Shown: piece by piece, positions 44,032 to 58,960 of the stretch
Layout: each line of letters begins with the position of its first letter
Position numbering within the stretch: the stretch's first letter is position 1
Assembly (NCBI GenBank): GCA_964016885.1
Contig: OZ024742.1
Location: forward strand, 326,368,001 to 326,432,000
Source of the DNA: Eledone cirrhosa
Taxonomy: Eukaryota
Reading direction: 5' to 3'
DNA length: 64,000 nt
The notes under the pieces: generated by a model
The model's input: only the letters and a program-made list of their open reading frames with translations
What the model was told of the DNA's origin: nothing
Database searches by the model: none
Translations under genes and position numbers: made by a program

Positions 44032-44066
44032 AATTGGACCGATGTTACTGTAACATCGGTCCAATT
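44032..44066. repeat. Perfect palindrome, 17-bp arms, 1-nt loop
   Basis: AATTGGACCGATGTTAC-T-GTAACATCGGTCCAATT. Confidence 0.97.
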
Positions 44067-44582
44067 CCTGTCCTACCAAATGATGATTGTTGTTAAACAG
44101 CTGCAGAGTATATCTCAACGAATTTCGGTAGAGAGGTGTCACAAATTGAACAAATTTATCAGGGAAATCAACAATAATTCAATATGACCACCTACTTAAC
44201 GATCATCAGATTATCCAATAATGACATCAAAGCTATTGCAATATCACACAAATTAATTATGGACATCAACAAAACTTAATATAGCTAACATTAATCAATT
44301 GATGATCAGGTCAGTCGGGAAAAATTCAAAAGAAACTTCCTAGCGCCTGTTTCACCAAGTGTTGGACATTTAGTAATAATTGCATAAAACTATGTATATT
44401 CTAACAATCAGCTGTAACACCCGAAAACCTCCATATTCATTAGTGAGTTTTTTCAGTACATACCATGCTGAAATCGACCAGTTCTCTTCCCTTTGTTTGC
44501 TACTAGAATAAAGGTAGTAGGAATGCTGTGGTGTTGAAAAGAGGATGGGAAAAGGGAAGTAATTCACTGGCCTCATTATGTA

Positions 44583-44944
44583 TCTATATGCTACTAAAAC
44601 TCTGTGATTGTGTGCTTGTCTGTAATTTAATACATCCAAAACGGCGCATAATGGAAAATACCTTGAATGGAAGTTGTCCCTGAAATTGGAATATAAAACA
44701 AGTTCACGTAAATCGGAGCACGGGTTCCCGAGATACGGGGTCTTTCCGGTACTTTCATAAATATAGAAAGAAAAATATAGAGAGAAACGGATAGTGATTG
44801 TGAGAGAGTAGATTGAAAATTTCATTTTACATTATATATATTTCTGTATATATTTTAATTATTTAAAAATTATTTTTAAGTGAACATGATTTTAAATAAA
44901 ACATTTTTAAGCGAACGTGACCCAACCGGTCACGAGTGGTCTAG
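44583..44944 (+). mobile_element. Non-autonomous Helitron-type element
   Basis: 3' hairpin CGTGACC-CAACC-GGTCACG followed 6 nt later by CTAG|T; probable 5' end A|TCTATATGCTACTAAAA. Confidence 0.65.
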
Positions 44945-45744
44945 TATATATATAAACTTATAGAATACGAAATATGATATCTAAGGGTGGTTGAATTTAT
45001 GATAACAGTGATGATGGAAGCTATGATGGGTGAATGTATGAATGGTGGCAGGCTTGTATTGGCTTTAAGTAAATATGTGAAATATATAAGATATGTGAAT
45101 ATAACTTATGGAGATATAAAGTAATTAACTACAATGAAGAATATGGAAATATAAATATTATGAAATTATATATGATAATGACAGTGGTGGTGACGTGACA
45201 CGGTGTGGGTGTTAGGCATGAGGAATAAAGGAAGTAAGGAAAAATGGAAGATGGGGACCGGGAAATGAAAAGTGGAAAAATGAAACGTTGAAAAATTGGA
45301 AAAATCATAAAAAATGTCAAAATAGGAGAAAAGAAATTAAAGACTATAAAATTGAACATCTTTTAAATCTTTGAAAATTAAAAAAATTAAAGAATTAAAA
45401 AATTTTAATTTAAAAAATAGAAATAAAAATTTAAAACTTATAATAATATTAATATGATCTCAAGTAGAATAAAATGTAAGGATTAGAAGAATATAAGGAT
45501 GGTGGAGCTCATGGAATTATGGGGTATAATGTATAATATATGATATATAACACATAAGAGTGGTGATGTGTATGAACATTGTTTTTTATGCTGAGTTACC
45601 CGCAGTTAATGAGATTTAGGAGGTTGAAATGGTTGCCAAGATATAGAGTCTAGAAGGGGGAGGGGGATTGACGTAGTGTCTTCCGACATTTACACAATCC
45701 GGTACACATCGTTATCTGGTGGGTAATCCGTGGGGTTTTGGGTT

Positions 45745-46450
45745 ACCTAGTGCACTGTCCAGCGAGTTTGAAACGACACAAGCAAAACTTTTGTGTGTAA
45801 ACAAGAGGACAGTGTTTTCTCTTGAGAATTCAAGTTGTTAGTTGATGAGGTTAGGATATTTAATTTTGCATTGATACATAAGTGGCATCTGGTGCCATGT
45901 CTATTGTAGCCTTTCAATTGGCAAATATATTTTCGAGATATGTTAAATTCTGCAATTGTCTGTTATTGAATGCATTTGGATGTTGAGAAAAGCGGGATTT
46001 AAATGTATCTTCGATCAGTTCAATGTAGATTGTTCTCTGTACTTCTTCTATATATAAGAGCTCTCTCGAGAAATGGATGTGTAGAAATTGACAATGTATG
46101 AAATTGTATGAAATAATATGAAATTACAAACCGATAATTGCCCCCTAAAGTGTAAATGCATGAATAACAACATTGTGCGGAATTAGAAGCCATGGGATAT
46201 TCAGATATGTAGCATCCTCGATTACTTGCTCCTGCTTTTGTTGAGGCTAGGTAGGTGACGTTCGTCACAACCATAAAATTTATAGCGAAGGGCCTTCAAA
46301 ATGTTTTCATAAACATCCCGTACATTTATGTATATATACCTGGCGTTTCTTTATTGATTCTGAATGGATTTTAGCTTCGGGTATACAGTGGGGGAATGAA
46401 TATTGCAAATCATTTACACTGACAATCTTATTTCTTCTGTCATATCTTGT
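45745..46450 (-). mobile_element. Second, older Naiad-type Penelope fragment (GIY-YIG end)
   Basis: IYIELIEDTFKSRFSQH, GYNRHGTRCHLCINAK, LNSQEKTLSSCLH across broken frames. Confidence 0.7.
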
Positions 46451-48554
46451 ACCTCTTTCCATGATTGCATTAGTTGCTGTTTGACTACACATGTTCTGTA
46501 TTTTAATGGAAGTAGAATAAGAGATCTCATGACGCTAATGTTATTTCTAAAAGGTATTTAGCGACGTAAATAAACTGAACATAAGCCAATAGAGAATAAA
46601 TTTAAAAAATGGATTGCTGTCGTCATTTGATCTACACTTGTTCTAAACCATTTTTATATCAAACCAGTAATAATATATTTGAATATCGCCTCAATACATA
46701 ATACAGTATCCATTGAAATATTCCCCCTGCGACTAGTGTGAGAAATTGTTGTATATACATATTATATAGAACAAACTACATGATAGATTGATCGTAAAGT
46801 TATCCGGCTTATCATTGCTTTTAATGTTTACAGTAGTTAAAATTTATGACTAAAGAAATGCATAGGTTTTAGATAGGTATTTAATTTCTGAAATCTCTTC
46901 TGAAAGAACTGACAAGATAAACAGTGTGACTACTGTTGTTGTTTTCAATATTTTATGTTAGCTTTCGTAGTAGTGTTGTATTTCGACAACACACAAGGCA
47001 AATATGTTGGAAACGATGAAATGAAGATGTGTTGATGATTCATTGAAATTCCATTAGAGAAAATAAACAACCTAAGCACCAGTCAACGAGGTATCGATGA
47101 GATTAACGAGGGGATTGACAGTAAAATTCCGTACCAAATCCTGGCATTTGTATAAGAAATTAAAATACATAAAATAATACAACATACATCTTGCTTCTAA
47201 AGGTTTCTGGTTTATATATAATTAATCTTTATTGTTTATTTATTTCTTACTCTGTTTACTGCTCCTTTTATTTATTTACTTATATTTTGGTTCGATGCGA
47301 GTGTCAAGGATTCCATAAAGTGAACGATGGTTTAATGGAGTGCCATAAAGGAACAAAACTAAGTATCAGCTGTTGAGTTATCCTTTACAGTTTCTTGACA
47401 TGCTGAAAAATAGCAAACAAATATCTCTGAAATCATACCCTACCGTAAAAATAATAAAGATGAATATATTGGGAAATATGGCCTTTGATCTATAAGATAA
47501 TGGAATGATCACGGCTAGAAGACATTTGATCATACAACTACCTGAACTAAGCTGAAGTGGAGCTCAGCAATCACCTCATCATAGAAAATATTCAAATCCA
47601 TCTAGGTCCGGTGAACTACTGTTCCTTCCTAAATAGAGAAACTAGGTGTATGGTTATTCGATCTATTAGAAATCTCCTCCCAATATAAACGATAAGCTAG
47701 ACAATGTTGACTATGAAAAGCACTGCTTTTTTTTGTTTTGTTTTTTTGGCTTGACCAGTTTGAACGGCTCTCTCCACAAATTTGCTTGATCATGGTTGAC
47801 ATGCAGCTCAAACCAGTACTCTGCTCTTTGTATCCAACTTGTCTGCACGTAGGGGGAAAGAAAAGACATCATCTATACTGTTTTCAAAATGCTGGAAATA
47901 GCAGCCGAACATCCCTGAAGTGATAACCTACTATCAGGAAATGTCTAGCCCAAGTTACCTACCTTAAAAGAAGATGGGATAGTCACAGATTAAACACCTG
48001 CTATCACATAACGTAAACTCTTTCTTGGCGACCCGAATCTTTCTAGTTCTGGTGGTCACAATTTCACAGCAATTCCGTCGTTAATGAGCAATGGTAATTT
48101 CAGCCAATTCAACACCTTGGACTAGTATTTTATTCGTGGACCCGGAGGGGTGAAAAAGTAAAGTTGGCCTCGTTGTGTTTTGAACCCAGAGCCCAAAGAT
48201 CCTGGATATATACCGCAATGTATTCAATCTATCCGATGCTCTAATGACTCTCAATCCACAAGGTTTGTGTTGAGTTTCTATAAATATCAGTTGCTGCTTA
48301 ATCAATTTATTATTTGAATTAATTTTCTGAGCTGGAATAACAGAGATAAATCTCGGGGAAAATAGAAATATAATCAGTAATTAGATGCTACATTCTTTTA
48401 GTTTAGTTTAGAGAGTTTAGATATATCGCATTATGTAGAATTAACAAGAGAAGCAGAAAATAAAGATGAAGTGAGAAGAAATGCTGGACAAACCACCCAC
48501 ACATCAAGAGAGAGCTGACGATTGCAGATGATGACTATACTAAATATCAACTTA

Positions 48555-49053
48555 ATAATGATTTCTAATATAGGCACAAGGCCAGTAATTTGGCGGTAGG
48601 GGAAAGTCGATTAAATCGACGCCAGTACGTTACTGGTGCTTTATTTTATCGACCCTGTAAGAATGAAAGGCAAAGTTAACCTCGGCGGGATTTGAACTCT
48701 GACCGTAAAGGACCGTAACACTATGCTGCAAAGCATGGTGTCCGACTCTACCGATACTGCCAATAATAATGTTTATACTTTTGACACTAGGCCAGCAATT
48801 ACTGCAGTGTATTACTTGTGCTTTATTTTATCGACCTCGTAAGGATGAAAGGCAAAGCTAACCTCAGTGGGATTTGAACTCAGTACGCAAAGGGCCATAA
48901 CTCTGTGCTTTAAATCATGGCGTCTAACGCTTTACCCTAATAATAATTGTTTCTGCTTTTTGCACAAGGCCAGCAATTATCCCAGTTCAATACTGGTACT
49001 TTATTTTATCGAACCCGTCAGGATGATAGGCAAAGTTAACCTCCGCGGGATTA
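48555..49053 (-). mobile_element. Tandem cluster of three family A SINEs
   Basis: Three head-to-tail units joined at (AAT)n. Confidence 0.9.
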
Positions 49054-49145
49054 ACTTCAAAACTAATGCTTAATTTTGAGTAGAATATCAATTATAAAGA
49101 ATAAAAGATAGAACATTTGGTTTTGTATTAGATATAATGTATTAT

Positions 49146-49225
<80 letters not shown>

Positions 49226-49261
49226 GCGTGTGTGCGTGTGTGTGTGTGTGTGTGTGTGCTG

Positions 49262-50290
49262 CGCCATCATATGCCAACCTAGTCATGGGACACCAGGAAT
49301 TTCAAATTTACCAAAAAACAAATAGAATAGAACAAATTTATGGGAATAAATTCGGGGACTACCTAAAAGCAAACTGGAAGAGGTACTAGGATTACTGCTT
49401 CATATTGTGGATGGTGTATCTTGACCAACTAAAGAAATTCCAAACCTTCATCAATGATATAAACCAGAATATCCAATTCACAATGGAATTTAGCAATATA
49501 AAACTTTATATATCACAATAACAAAAAAGAAATACCTCCGTTTTTCATCTCTCAGCCATCATACACCCATACCAACATCCCTTTTAACTTGGCCAAACAA
49601 ATCTGTACAATAATCTCAAACCCAACAATCAGAGACCACAGACTAGAAGAGATAACGCAAATGCTTATCAAGAGAAAATATCCTCAGAATTTAATCAACA
49701 ATAGGAGTCGATTGACTTTCATCGGTCTTTCCAATTGCTAATACTATCTATCGGTCGCAACTCCAGGTAGATGGAGCAACGTGAAATAGAGTTTGTGCTC
49801 AAGGACATAACGCATCACCCGATCGAAGAATCGAACTCACAACCTCACGACTGTAAATCCTATTTGCTAACCACTCAGCCACGCGCCTTCACTAATCAAC
49901 AATAGTATCACAAAAAAAAACATGACAAATCAATATCCAAACACTCTGAGAAAGAAAACCAAGACAAGAAAAAATGTTCATGTCATACATTTCAACTTTC
50001 AATCCTAAGAACAGAGATATACACACACACAACTAAACTTACCTATCTTACTAAAGGACAAGAAAATGAAAAACCCCTTACAAAATCTTTCAATCTCTAA
50101 AAAAGATACTTACGAATACAAAATTGAAAACCGTTAATAAAGGACCCGAAGTAAAAATGTGCAATCAACCTCACTGCGGAGTATGCCACTATATGTTAGG
50201 AGGTAGTGAATTTAATTTCATCTTTAAAATTAAAACTAACTTTTCTTGCAACTCGGAGAATCTAATATACATTATAACGTGTAATGGCTA
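49262..50290 (+). mobile_element. Decayed Penelope-like element (non-Naiad, Poseidon/Neptune-like), interrupted by a SINE
   Basis: ANLVMG, NWKRY*DYCFILW, INQNIQFTMEF, NIPFNLAKQICTI, CNQPHCGVC, FSCNSENLIYIITC. Confidence 0.75.
49705..49892 (-). mobile_element. Family B SINE with 13-bp TSD
   Basis: TSD TAATCAACAATAG at 49692-49704 and 49893-49905; head GGCGCGTGGCTGAGTGGTTAG. Confidence 0.88.
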
Positions 50291-51325
50291 CGACGTGACC
50301 TACTTAAACATACAGCGAGGTCTGTGCAAGCCAAATAACTTATTCCTTGAGTAGCGGAATTATTATAATTAGCAAAATGTTAACTAGCTTACATAAGATT
50401 TCTGTTCTACATACATAGACGATATCTTCAGATGGGCGTTGGAAGCGGTTTCAGTTACTTTCACTTCAGATATGAAATATCTTTACTATTTTACATCACA
50501 TTGCTTGGAAATTTGAGGACAAGAAACTCATTAAAGCTGAAAGTTTGATTTTCTGGAGTTAATAGAACATGAAGTAATTTCTTTGCAGTTTTTATCTTGT
50601 TTATTTTATTAGTATTTGATAACGTGTGGTGGGGCATATAAACCACAATAGCTAACCATGAAACAGGGTTTGAAAAGAATTTATCTCAGTTCGCTATCTA
50701 TTTCTTTAGAATTGATTGTTAAGATTTGATTTCGTTTTCCATAAACAATAGAGGTTCTTATTTTCTTACGAAATGCCCCCATTTTTATAATATGGTTTTG
50801 AATAACGTCTCGACTATTCAGATACACATGACTGGCGATGTCAGTAATCTATGAATTGACTTATCTAAATGACATTATCTAAGTGATTTACAAGCCAATG
50901 GAGGAAGACTCAAAATATTCGTTCGGCTTACTTGAGTTAGCAACGAAAGCAAACTACCCACAAGTGTCTAAAAATGTATAGAAAAAACTCGTTATGCTAT
51001 GTTAGGTTTTTTTTCTACATTAATAATCTACATTATTGCCGAGAAAAATAAACGAGATGTATGATATATTTACTTAATACAAATAATTTCGGATCTCAGA
51101 TATAAAATATAGTGGAATGAAGATGTTCCTTAAACTAAGGTTTATTAGTAGACAAAATGTCACTCTAAGCCGATAAAATTTTAAACGAGCAAACAGCGTA
51201 ACTCCAATAAGGTGAACAAAGTCGTTAATCCATATAGACAAAACCGGATAAAGTGTATGTGGTCTTTAACGACTACAAGTGAAAGCAACGTGTTTAAGTC
51301 TTATTAGACCTAATTATTGAAGCAT

Positions 51326-51461
51326 GCACAGAGTTACGGCCCTTGCCATTCTGAGTTCGAATCCCGCCGAGGTTAACTTTGTTTTCATCCTTACGGGGTC
51401 GATAAAATAAAGTACCAGTAATGCACTGGGTAATTGCTGGCCTTGTGCCAAAAGTAGAAAC
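51326..51461 (+). mobile_element. 5'-truncated family A SINE with 14-bp TSD
   Basis: AATTATTGAAGCAT at 51312-51325 and 51462-51475. Confidence 0.92.
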
Positions 51462-51919
51462 AATTATTGAAGCATATTCTACTGATATGGCAAACATAAA
51501 AGTGATCAATCAAGGGTATATAGTGATGTTGTTTGTGAATATCAGCAATATGATGAAGGGAAAATTTCGCTGAGAGAGCCTTCTACAAAATGAATAAAAA
51601 ATATGAGAGGTTCTCATATATGTAATATAGTTAGATGAAATACCACCATCCAGTGATGTTATTCAAGAAATTATAAGACATATAGCCAAACAGGAGTGTT
51701 GAAAATCTTAAAGGATCTAGCAAAGGTGCACTTCCAATATTGATCGAAATTGTTGGCCAGCACCAAGGACGCAATGCATTGGATGGAACCAGTTCATATG
51801 CGATTTCATTTATTTTTTTGTGGGAAGTAATGACGTTAGGAAAACGAAAGTGTGCAGAGTGGAACTGCATACATTCATGTGTGAGCCTCAATACCTGTCA
51901 GGCAGCCAGTGTGTGAGGT

Positions 51920-52390
51920 GCTGTCTTCACATTGGAAGCATCTAACGCCAGCAAAGTCCAAAAAAGCACGTCGAGAGAGTAGCAAAATCAAGGTGACAAT
52001 TTTCCTCGACTCCCGAGGCGTTGTGCATCATGAATACGCACCAGAAGATCAAATAGTTACAACAATGTTATATCATGAAATCCTCTGACGTCTTCAAGGA
52101 GCAATTCGATGCATAACACAGGATCTGTGGGTCTTGCAAAAATGGCAGCTTCTTCATGAAAATGTCCTAGCTCATTCTTCGCAGCTGATCCAAGCTTTTC
52201 GCCAAATAAAAGCATTTTGCACATTTACATTGCTCTCTGTTCTCCAGACATAACTACATCTGAGGTCTAGTTGTTCCTACAAATGAATATGTACTGAAAG
52301 GCCGCCGCTTACGGGATCGAGATGACATCATGCTGACATGAGACGGCATATCTTAGAATAATCTGGAATGAAGCATTGCAGACGTGTCTG
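51920..52390 (+). pseudogene. Mariner transposase catalytic-domain remnant
   Basis: SSHWKH..KKARRESSKIKV..FLDSRGVVHHEYAPEDQIV..WQLLHENVLAHSS..CSPDITTSEV*LF (degenerate HDNAxxH and YSPDLAPxD). Confidence 0.85.
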
Positions 52391-54669
52391 AAGCATGTAT
52401 CGGTGTTGGACATCGTAATATACACTGTATTTTTAATCATATTCCCGTAGTGTATTTGATAATCTGTATTATTGCCCTATATCAAAGCTGAAATACTGGA
52501 CGAAATATAAAATAGTATATAAGTTTCATAGTGTTATAACCATATCTGTGTTTACATCAGCACCATAATACAAGAATTCATCTCCTCACAAGTGAAAAAT
52601 GTGGTGTGGTTTCGATTCCTCAAGAAATTAATTTCACTTCACTTATGCAGTGTTATGGGTAAAGAGTTAAAGCTATCTCTTCACTCTCTCATCTCATATT
52701 AAAATATATTTCGTTTCGGCAGCTGAGTGCAACCTTTTCAATCAAACGTAATGAAAAACTTGATGGTAGTTGTTCAGCTATAGATGAAACCATTCAAGCG
52801 ACGAATGTAAAAATTGTTATTTAAGCGGCGTGTATTTTTTTCTTTACTACACTATCAACATTAGATATTACTTAAGTAAAAAAATAAATAATAATAAATA
52901 GATAAAAACCTCTATTGTAAACTTCGAAACTTTAAAATAATTTTTTTTTTCTTTTGTCTCCTGGCTTAAAAATAGTTTAACAATTATTATTAATTAAAAT
53001 TTCTCAGCTGTGTTATCTCTTTCTTGACTTGCCAAGAGGCTGTTCTCGATTCATGATCATACGACCATTTACAATTTTCCATTGAAGTCTTTTTCATCTT
53101 CTCATTTTATTCTTACATTTTCTTTACATTATTTTCGTTAACATTAATAAAAAAAAAAAAATTAAAAAAAATAAAACTATAACATATTTTCTTTTGCTTT
53201 GTTTCGAGGTTCAAAAGACCATTCTATTTTAATTTTCAATGAATGGCTAACTTGATGATGTGTGATATGGATTAAAGGGAGAGATGACCTTTATCAGGCT
53301 GAAATGTATGTTTTACTAACTATACGAAAGTAAGAGTTATAACAATTGGCGGATAATTAGATGAGTCACAATGCTTTGCGCTATTTGTCCCGGTTTTCTC
53401 TGCTATAAGTTCAAATCTCACCTAGATTAACTTTGTTTTCCGTTCTTTCAAAATCGATATATGAAGTACTAGTTTATAACTAGAGCTTATATTTCTTTTT
53501 CCTTTTTTCTCCCAGCAACTCTCCCCCACTCTTTTATCGGTACCTCCCACCCCCCTCTCTCTCTGTCGAAAAGAAATTAGCAGTGCGTCAGTTCTGGATA
53601 AAGATGGCTTTAGGCTTCGTCAGATTTAAAATGCCCAAGACACACTGCTTATCACAACGACTCCATCCGGAGATCAGAAACCATGAAAGAGTTACAATTG
53701 GACGGGTGGATAAATTAGCACACTGGTGGTGAGTTGTGATCATGATCATGCCTTCCACGCCTAATTATTAATCGGGCAACCGAATATGTAATTACAAAAC
53801 ACATCTTTAATTACAAAACAACAAAATATAGAAAGAAGTATATGCGATTTTCTGAGGCACATAATTAAACGAAATTAGTATAGAAAGGAATATATAGCAG
53901 ATTTTCTGAGGCACAAGCTTTTCACAAAGCATCTATTGTGCAAATCTATATATAAATTTGAGCGACTTCCGTCCGTCACACAATGTATGTGTGTTTGTTT
54001 GAATGAATGTCTTTGAGTGTGTATTTTTGTAAGTGTATCTGTGTTTGCGTGTTTGTATTTATATACTCATACATATAATTGTATTATATGCACATATACA
54101 CACGCACAGACATATACACATACGCGTCAGCGTGTTGAAAAAATTCCAGTATAATAATATTGCTGCCATGGAGAACTGTATCCATATAAAGAACTTGATT
54201 AGTCTAAACATCCACTCTATCGTAAATTCACCACTGAAAAGTTATTTTTATTAATTGCATTATAACTATGAATAAGGGAAAAGGAATACGGTGTTCATTA
54301 GAGCATAAAATACGCCTATTTATCCGATCGGATGCTCTGCGGCAGGCTTTATTTTCCTTCTCTCCGGGGTGGATCATCTAAGAAACATTTAAATATTAGG
54401 GTCGATAAAAACGATTGACCCATGGTCTTCTGTCTGAGTAAGATATTAATAATATTAATGCCATTCATTAATATTATAGAATGATATTAATATTTACCGA
54501 ACATAGATGAAGGCATATTTGTCATATTTATCTGTCAAGAAATGTTTTTCTTATTAGGTGGTCTCTTTTATATTAAACTATATGGCTAACAGTAATATAA
54601 TATAATATGCATGTACACACACATACAATTATATATACATATATAATATGCATGTACATACACACATAC

Positions 54670-54715
<46 letters not shown>

Positions 54716-54832
54716 AGGGAGCTATGGGCAAGAGACGCGTTCCTGTGTTATAGATTAATTAAATAATACACACATCATAATTAAACTCTACCATACCGCA
54801 CATGATTCCTATATGCGCTTCCCTCCTATCTG

Positions 54833-55285
<453 letters not shown>

Positions 55286-55644
55286 TATGTATACGTCCAT
55301 ACATATATGTATACAGACGTACAGTGTGAAATGAAATTTCATTTCATTTTTTCCGTTTATATATATATGTGTATATATATATATAGGGCAGTGTATGATA
55401 TCACAGAAAAAAGAAAATCAGTGTTGCGACAGGTGGAGAAGGAGAAGCGTAAAATAGAAAGATATTGAGTGAGAAGCGGAAGGAACAGAAAATAATTTCT
55501 TCGGAAGAATAAACACCTGTGTAAAGAAGGAATCGTGTTTGCGAAGCGTTGAGAAAATTTTGAATAAACATTACCTTAAAGTAAGCTGCTTTTGACGCAG
55601 GGCTTTTGATTAAGAAAAAGTTGGGAATACAAGCCCCTGAATAC

Positions 55645-55695
<51 letters not shown>

Positions 55696-56267
55696 AGAAT
55701 ATGGGGATTGGGTTTTAGAACAATAGTGTATATATCAATATAGAGTAACTTAAATGAAGACTTTTAGAGACTATATCAATTGAAATATAGCGTAGCAGAT
55801 AATTACGTGAAACCAATGATGGGTAATAGTCTAAATAATCTAAGTTTTTATAGTAATAATACAGCAAATGCAAAATACACATTAAAAAAAAATGGAATCT
55901 TTCTGAATCCCATTCACAAACATTTCGCCATTTTACAAAATGTTCAATTGACAGAACAAAACAAAAAAACATATTTTAGAAAAGTCATTTTAGAGAGACT
56001 AGATTAAACGAGCGCACAATCAGAACTTAGTGAATCTTTATAAAGTGGCTCTAATTTTAGGAACTGTCTTGTAGAATTGACTCTTTAAATTGACAATTAC
56101 ATGGTGTGAAGTTGTTGGCGAACAATTTCAAATAGGAAATAAGTGAAAATGTGTTTCCAAGTAATATAAGTACGTCTTTCTTCAAAGGGCAAAATACAAA
56201 ATACGTTTGAAGTAAATGGGATGTAACATTTGAAATATCCGTCATCCTACTCTTACATCATTCAAAT

Positions 56268-56282
56268 TATTATTGTTGTTCC

Positions 56283-56313
<31 letters not shown>

Positions 56314-56513
56314 CTTCTTCTTCTTCTTCTTCTTCTTTTTCTTCTTCTTCTTCTTCTTAATTATTATTATTAGTTGTAGTAGTAGAAGCAACAACAGCAA
56401 TAGCTGTAGCACTAGTAGTAGTAGTAGTAGTAGTAGCAGCAGCAATAGCAAAAGCTGTAGTAGTAGTAGTAGTAGTAGCAGCAGCAGCACGCGCAGCAAC
56501 AGCAAAATCTGGT

Positions 56514-56589
<76 letters not shown>

Positions 56590-56605
56590 CAGTAGTAGTA
56601 GTGGC

Positions 56606-56645
<40 letters not shown>

Positions 56646-56708
56646 ATAGTAGTAGTAGTAGTAGTAGTGGTGGTAGTAGTAGTGGTAGTAGTAGTAGTAG
56701 TAGTAGTA
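56268..56708. repeat. Compound trinucleotide array (GTT)n(CTT)n(ATT)n(GTA/GCA)n
   Basis: Visible. Confidence 0.96.
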
Positions 56709-56740
56709 TGAGACTTATTAATATTATTATTAACGTCAGT

Positions 56741-56854
56741 TCTGAGTTCAAATCCCGCCGAGGTCAACTTTGCCTTTCATCCTCACGGGGTCGATAAAAT
56801 AAAGTACCAGTAATGTACTGAGTAATTGCTGGCCTTGGGCCAAAAGTAGAAGCA
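56741..56854 (+). mobile_element. 5'-truncated family A SINE with 16-bp TSD
   Basis: TATTATTAACGTCAGT at 56725-56740 and 56855-56870. Confidence 0.92.
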
Positions 56855-58746
56855 TATTATTAACGTCAGTATTTTTAGTTTTGTTGTTTTTGTGGGTTTT
56901 TTTTTTCTTTTTGGCTTTTTTAGTCATTATCTCCATTATTGTTATTATCATTTTGAAATAACGGATGTTACATTGGGATATGCATAGCCATACTTATATC
57001 ATTCACGTAAGGCAATAAACTCAATCGCTCGTCGTTGTTGCTAATGTTACTGCTGTTGTAGTTGCTGCTGTTGTAGTTGTTGCTATTGTTATTGCTGTTT
57101 CTCTTATTGTTGTTGTTGCTATTATTATTATTATTTCTCGAAACAGATTCTCTGACAAGCGGAAATAACGTGATAAACGATTTCTTCTCTCTATCTTTAT
57201 CTCCCAATTTCTCTCTCTCTCTCTCTCGCTCTCTCTCTCTCTCTATCTCCGTCTTTCTCTCTCTTTCACCCTCTATTTCAATCACGCTTCACCCCCCCCC
57301 CCCTCTCTCTCTTTGTCTCTTTCTCTCGTCCCTTCCTTCTTTCTCCCTCTCTCCCTTTTATTGCTAGTAATTGGCACTTTCCTCTTCTCTATAAACATGC
57401 ATCAGCGCCAAAACCAGGCAATCCAAAAAAACCCTCCCCTTCATTGCCAACATAACCATTTTAATGTTTTAATATCACCATTATCACCTCTGTTCATAAG
57501 CCTACGAAGGAACTGCTACGTAATTGCTCGACTTGCGTGAAATAGCAAATGAATCTCCTTCAAATCAAACCCAATACTTTTAAAAAATTCGTTAACATTA
57601 TACGATGTAATCCTACCTATAGTACATCTGAAAGACGAATTGGTCACTACGAGAATGCCAGTTGAGGTTTGTTGATTAGCACTAACCTGAATTAGAATAA
57701 GCAATGACGATGCCAACAATATCACCAATCGGGCTGAAAATGGGTTACCACATAGGTCTCTTCGGTGCCATAAACATGCTTAAGTTATGAGCGAATTCGA
57801 AAGTTTATAATGATGTGATCACTTGGGTTGATAGGAACAGTAGCCAAATGTCTCGAATACCAAATAAGATGGGCAAATGATTGTAGGATTTCTTTAGGAG
57901 CGACGGCACTATTATAGTTATTCGGACCAGGCCTCTGTCCTTAGGATATCTACTACTATGACTCGAAAAATGTAATGGAGGTTGTCGTTTCTCCTCTGCC
58001 TAAGTTGTTAACAATATAACAGAAAAACATCGCTTTACAACTGGAAATGTATCTTATATGATATATATACAACACATTCTTTCACAGAGAATACTAAAAT
58101 CATTATTGTTGTACTTTTGGAGAGTCATTCTACCAGTTAAACATAGTAATATTTGCTTAATTGTTTATGTCTGTCTGTTATCGATTAATTGATTACGTAA
58201 CTAATTCGTCCAATAATTAATTATAGAAATTCCTTTTGTCAGAAACATGATCTTATCGATGACGAGTCCCTCATGCACAATTCTAAACTAGTATGCAGGC
58301 ATTCCTTGTTCTGTCTAAATTTATCGGTGTTTCGTTATGTATAATGTATAAACAATGTATATGCGTAATCTTAATTGGTATGGTGGAGTTGATGTGCTTT
58401 TGAATACGGTGGGTATTTACGGTGTTATATGTTTACAAGCAAGTTATGTTGCTTTTATTGTTTTGTTTTTCGATTACATTTGTATTATAAGTACACACAC
58501 ATATATATCAATGCGATTAACCCTATATGCCAGTAGACCTATCTAACACCTCGAGTTACCTATATATTTCTAATATATTTCTAATGGAAGACACTGCCTA
58601 GTATTGTCAAATATTTTTAATAATCAATAATTTGGAGGGTTTCAGTAATATAACATATTTTCTCATTATAAAGCTTGTTTGGAACATAACTTGATAAATT
58701 TCTGATATATAACTATGACGAAATATGTTTGAAATATATAAGCACA

Positions 58747-58960
58747 TTAATCCTTTCGTTACTATATTTCTACTGAAACAAGTAAAGGGAGATAGAAGTA
58801 TATTTAATAGAATATCTTTCTCGTTATTAGGCTGGCGTTTGAAACATAACATAAGATTCTTTCATAAATTATGATAGAAAGTTTTTAGATAAACAAACAT
58901 TTTAACTCAAATGAATTTGTGTTATAGAACCAGAGGGTGATTTGGTATCAAAAGGATTAA
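58747..58960. mobile_element. piggyBac-like MITE
   Basis: TTAA|TCCTTTCGTTACTATAT ... GATTTGGTATCAAAAGGA|TTAA. Confidence 0.65.

Noticed and set aside
55385-55650. Possible solo LTR between TA tracts
   Set aside because: AATAAA is present, but no clear TG..CA termini or TSD
56242-56797. Poly-Ser/Thr/Leu ORFs
   Set aside because: Trinucleotide microsatellite running into a SINE
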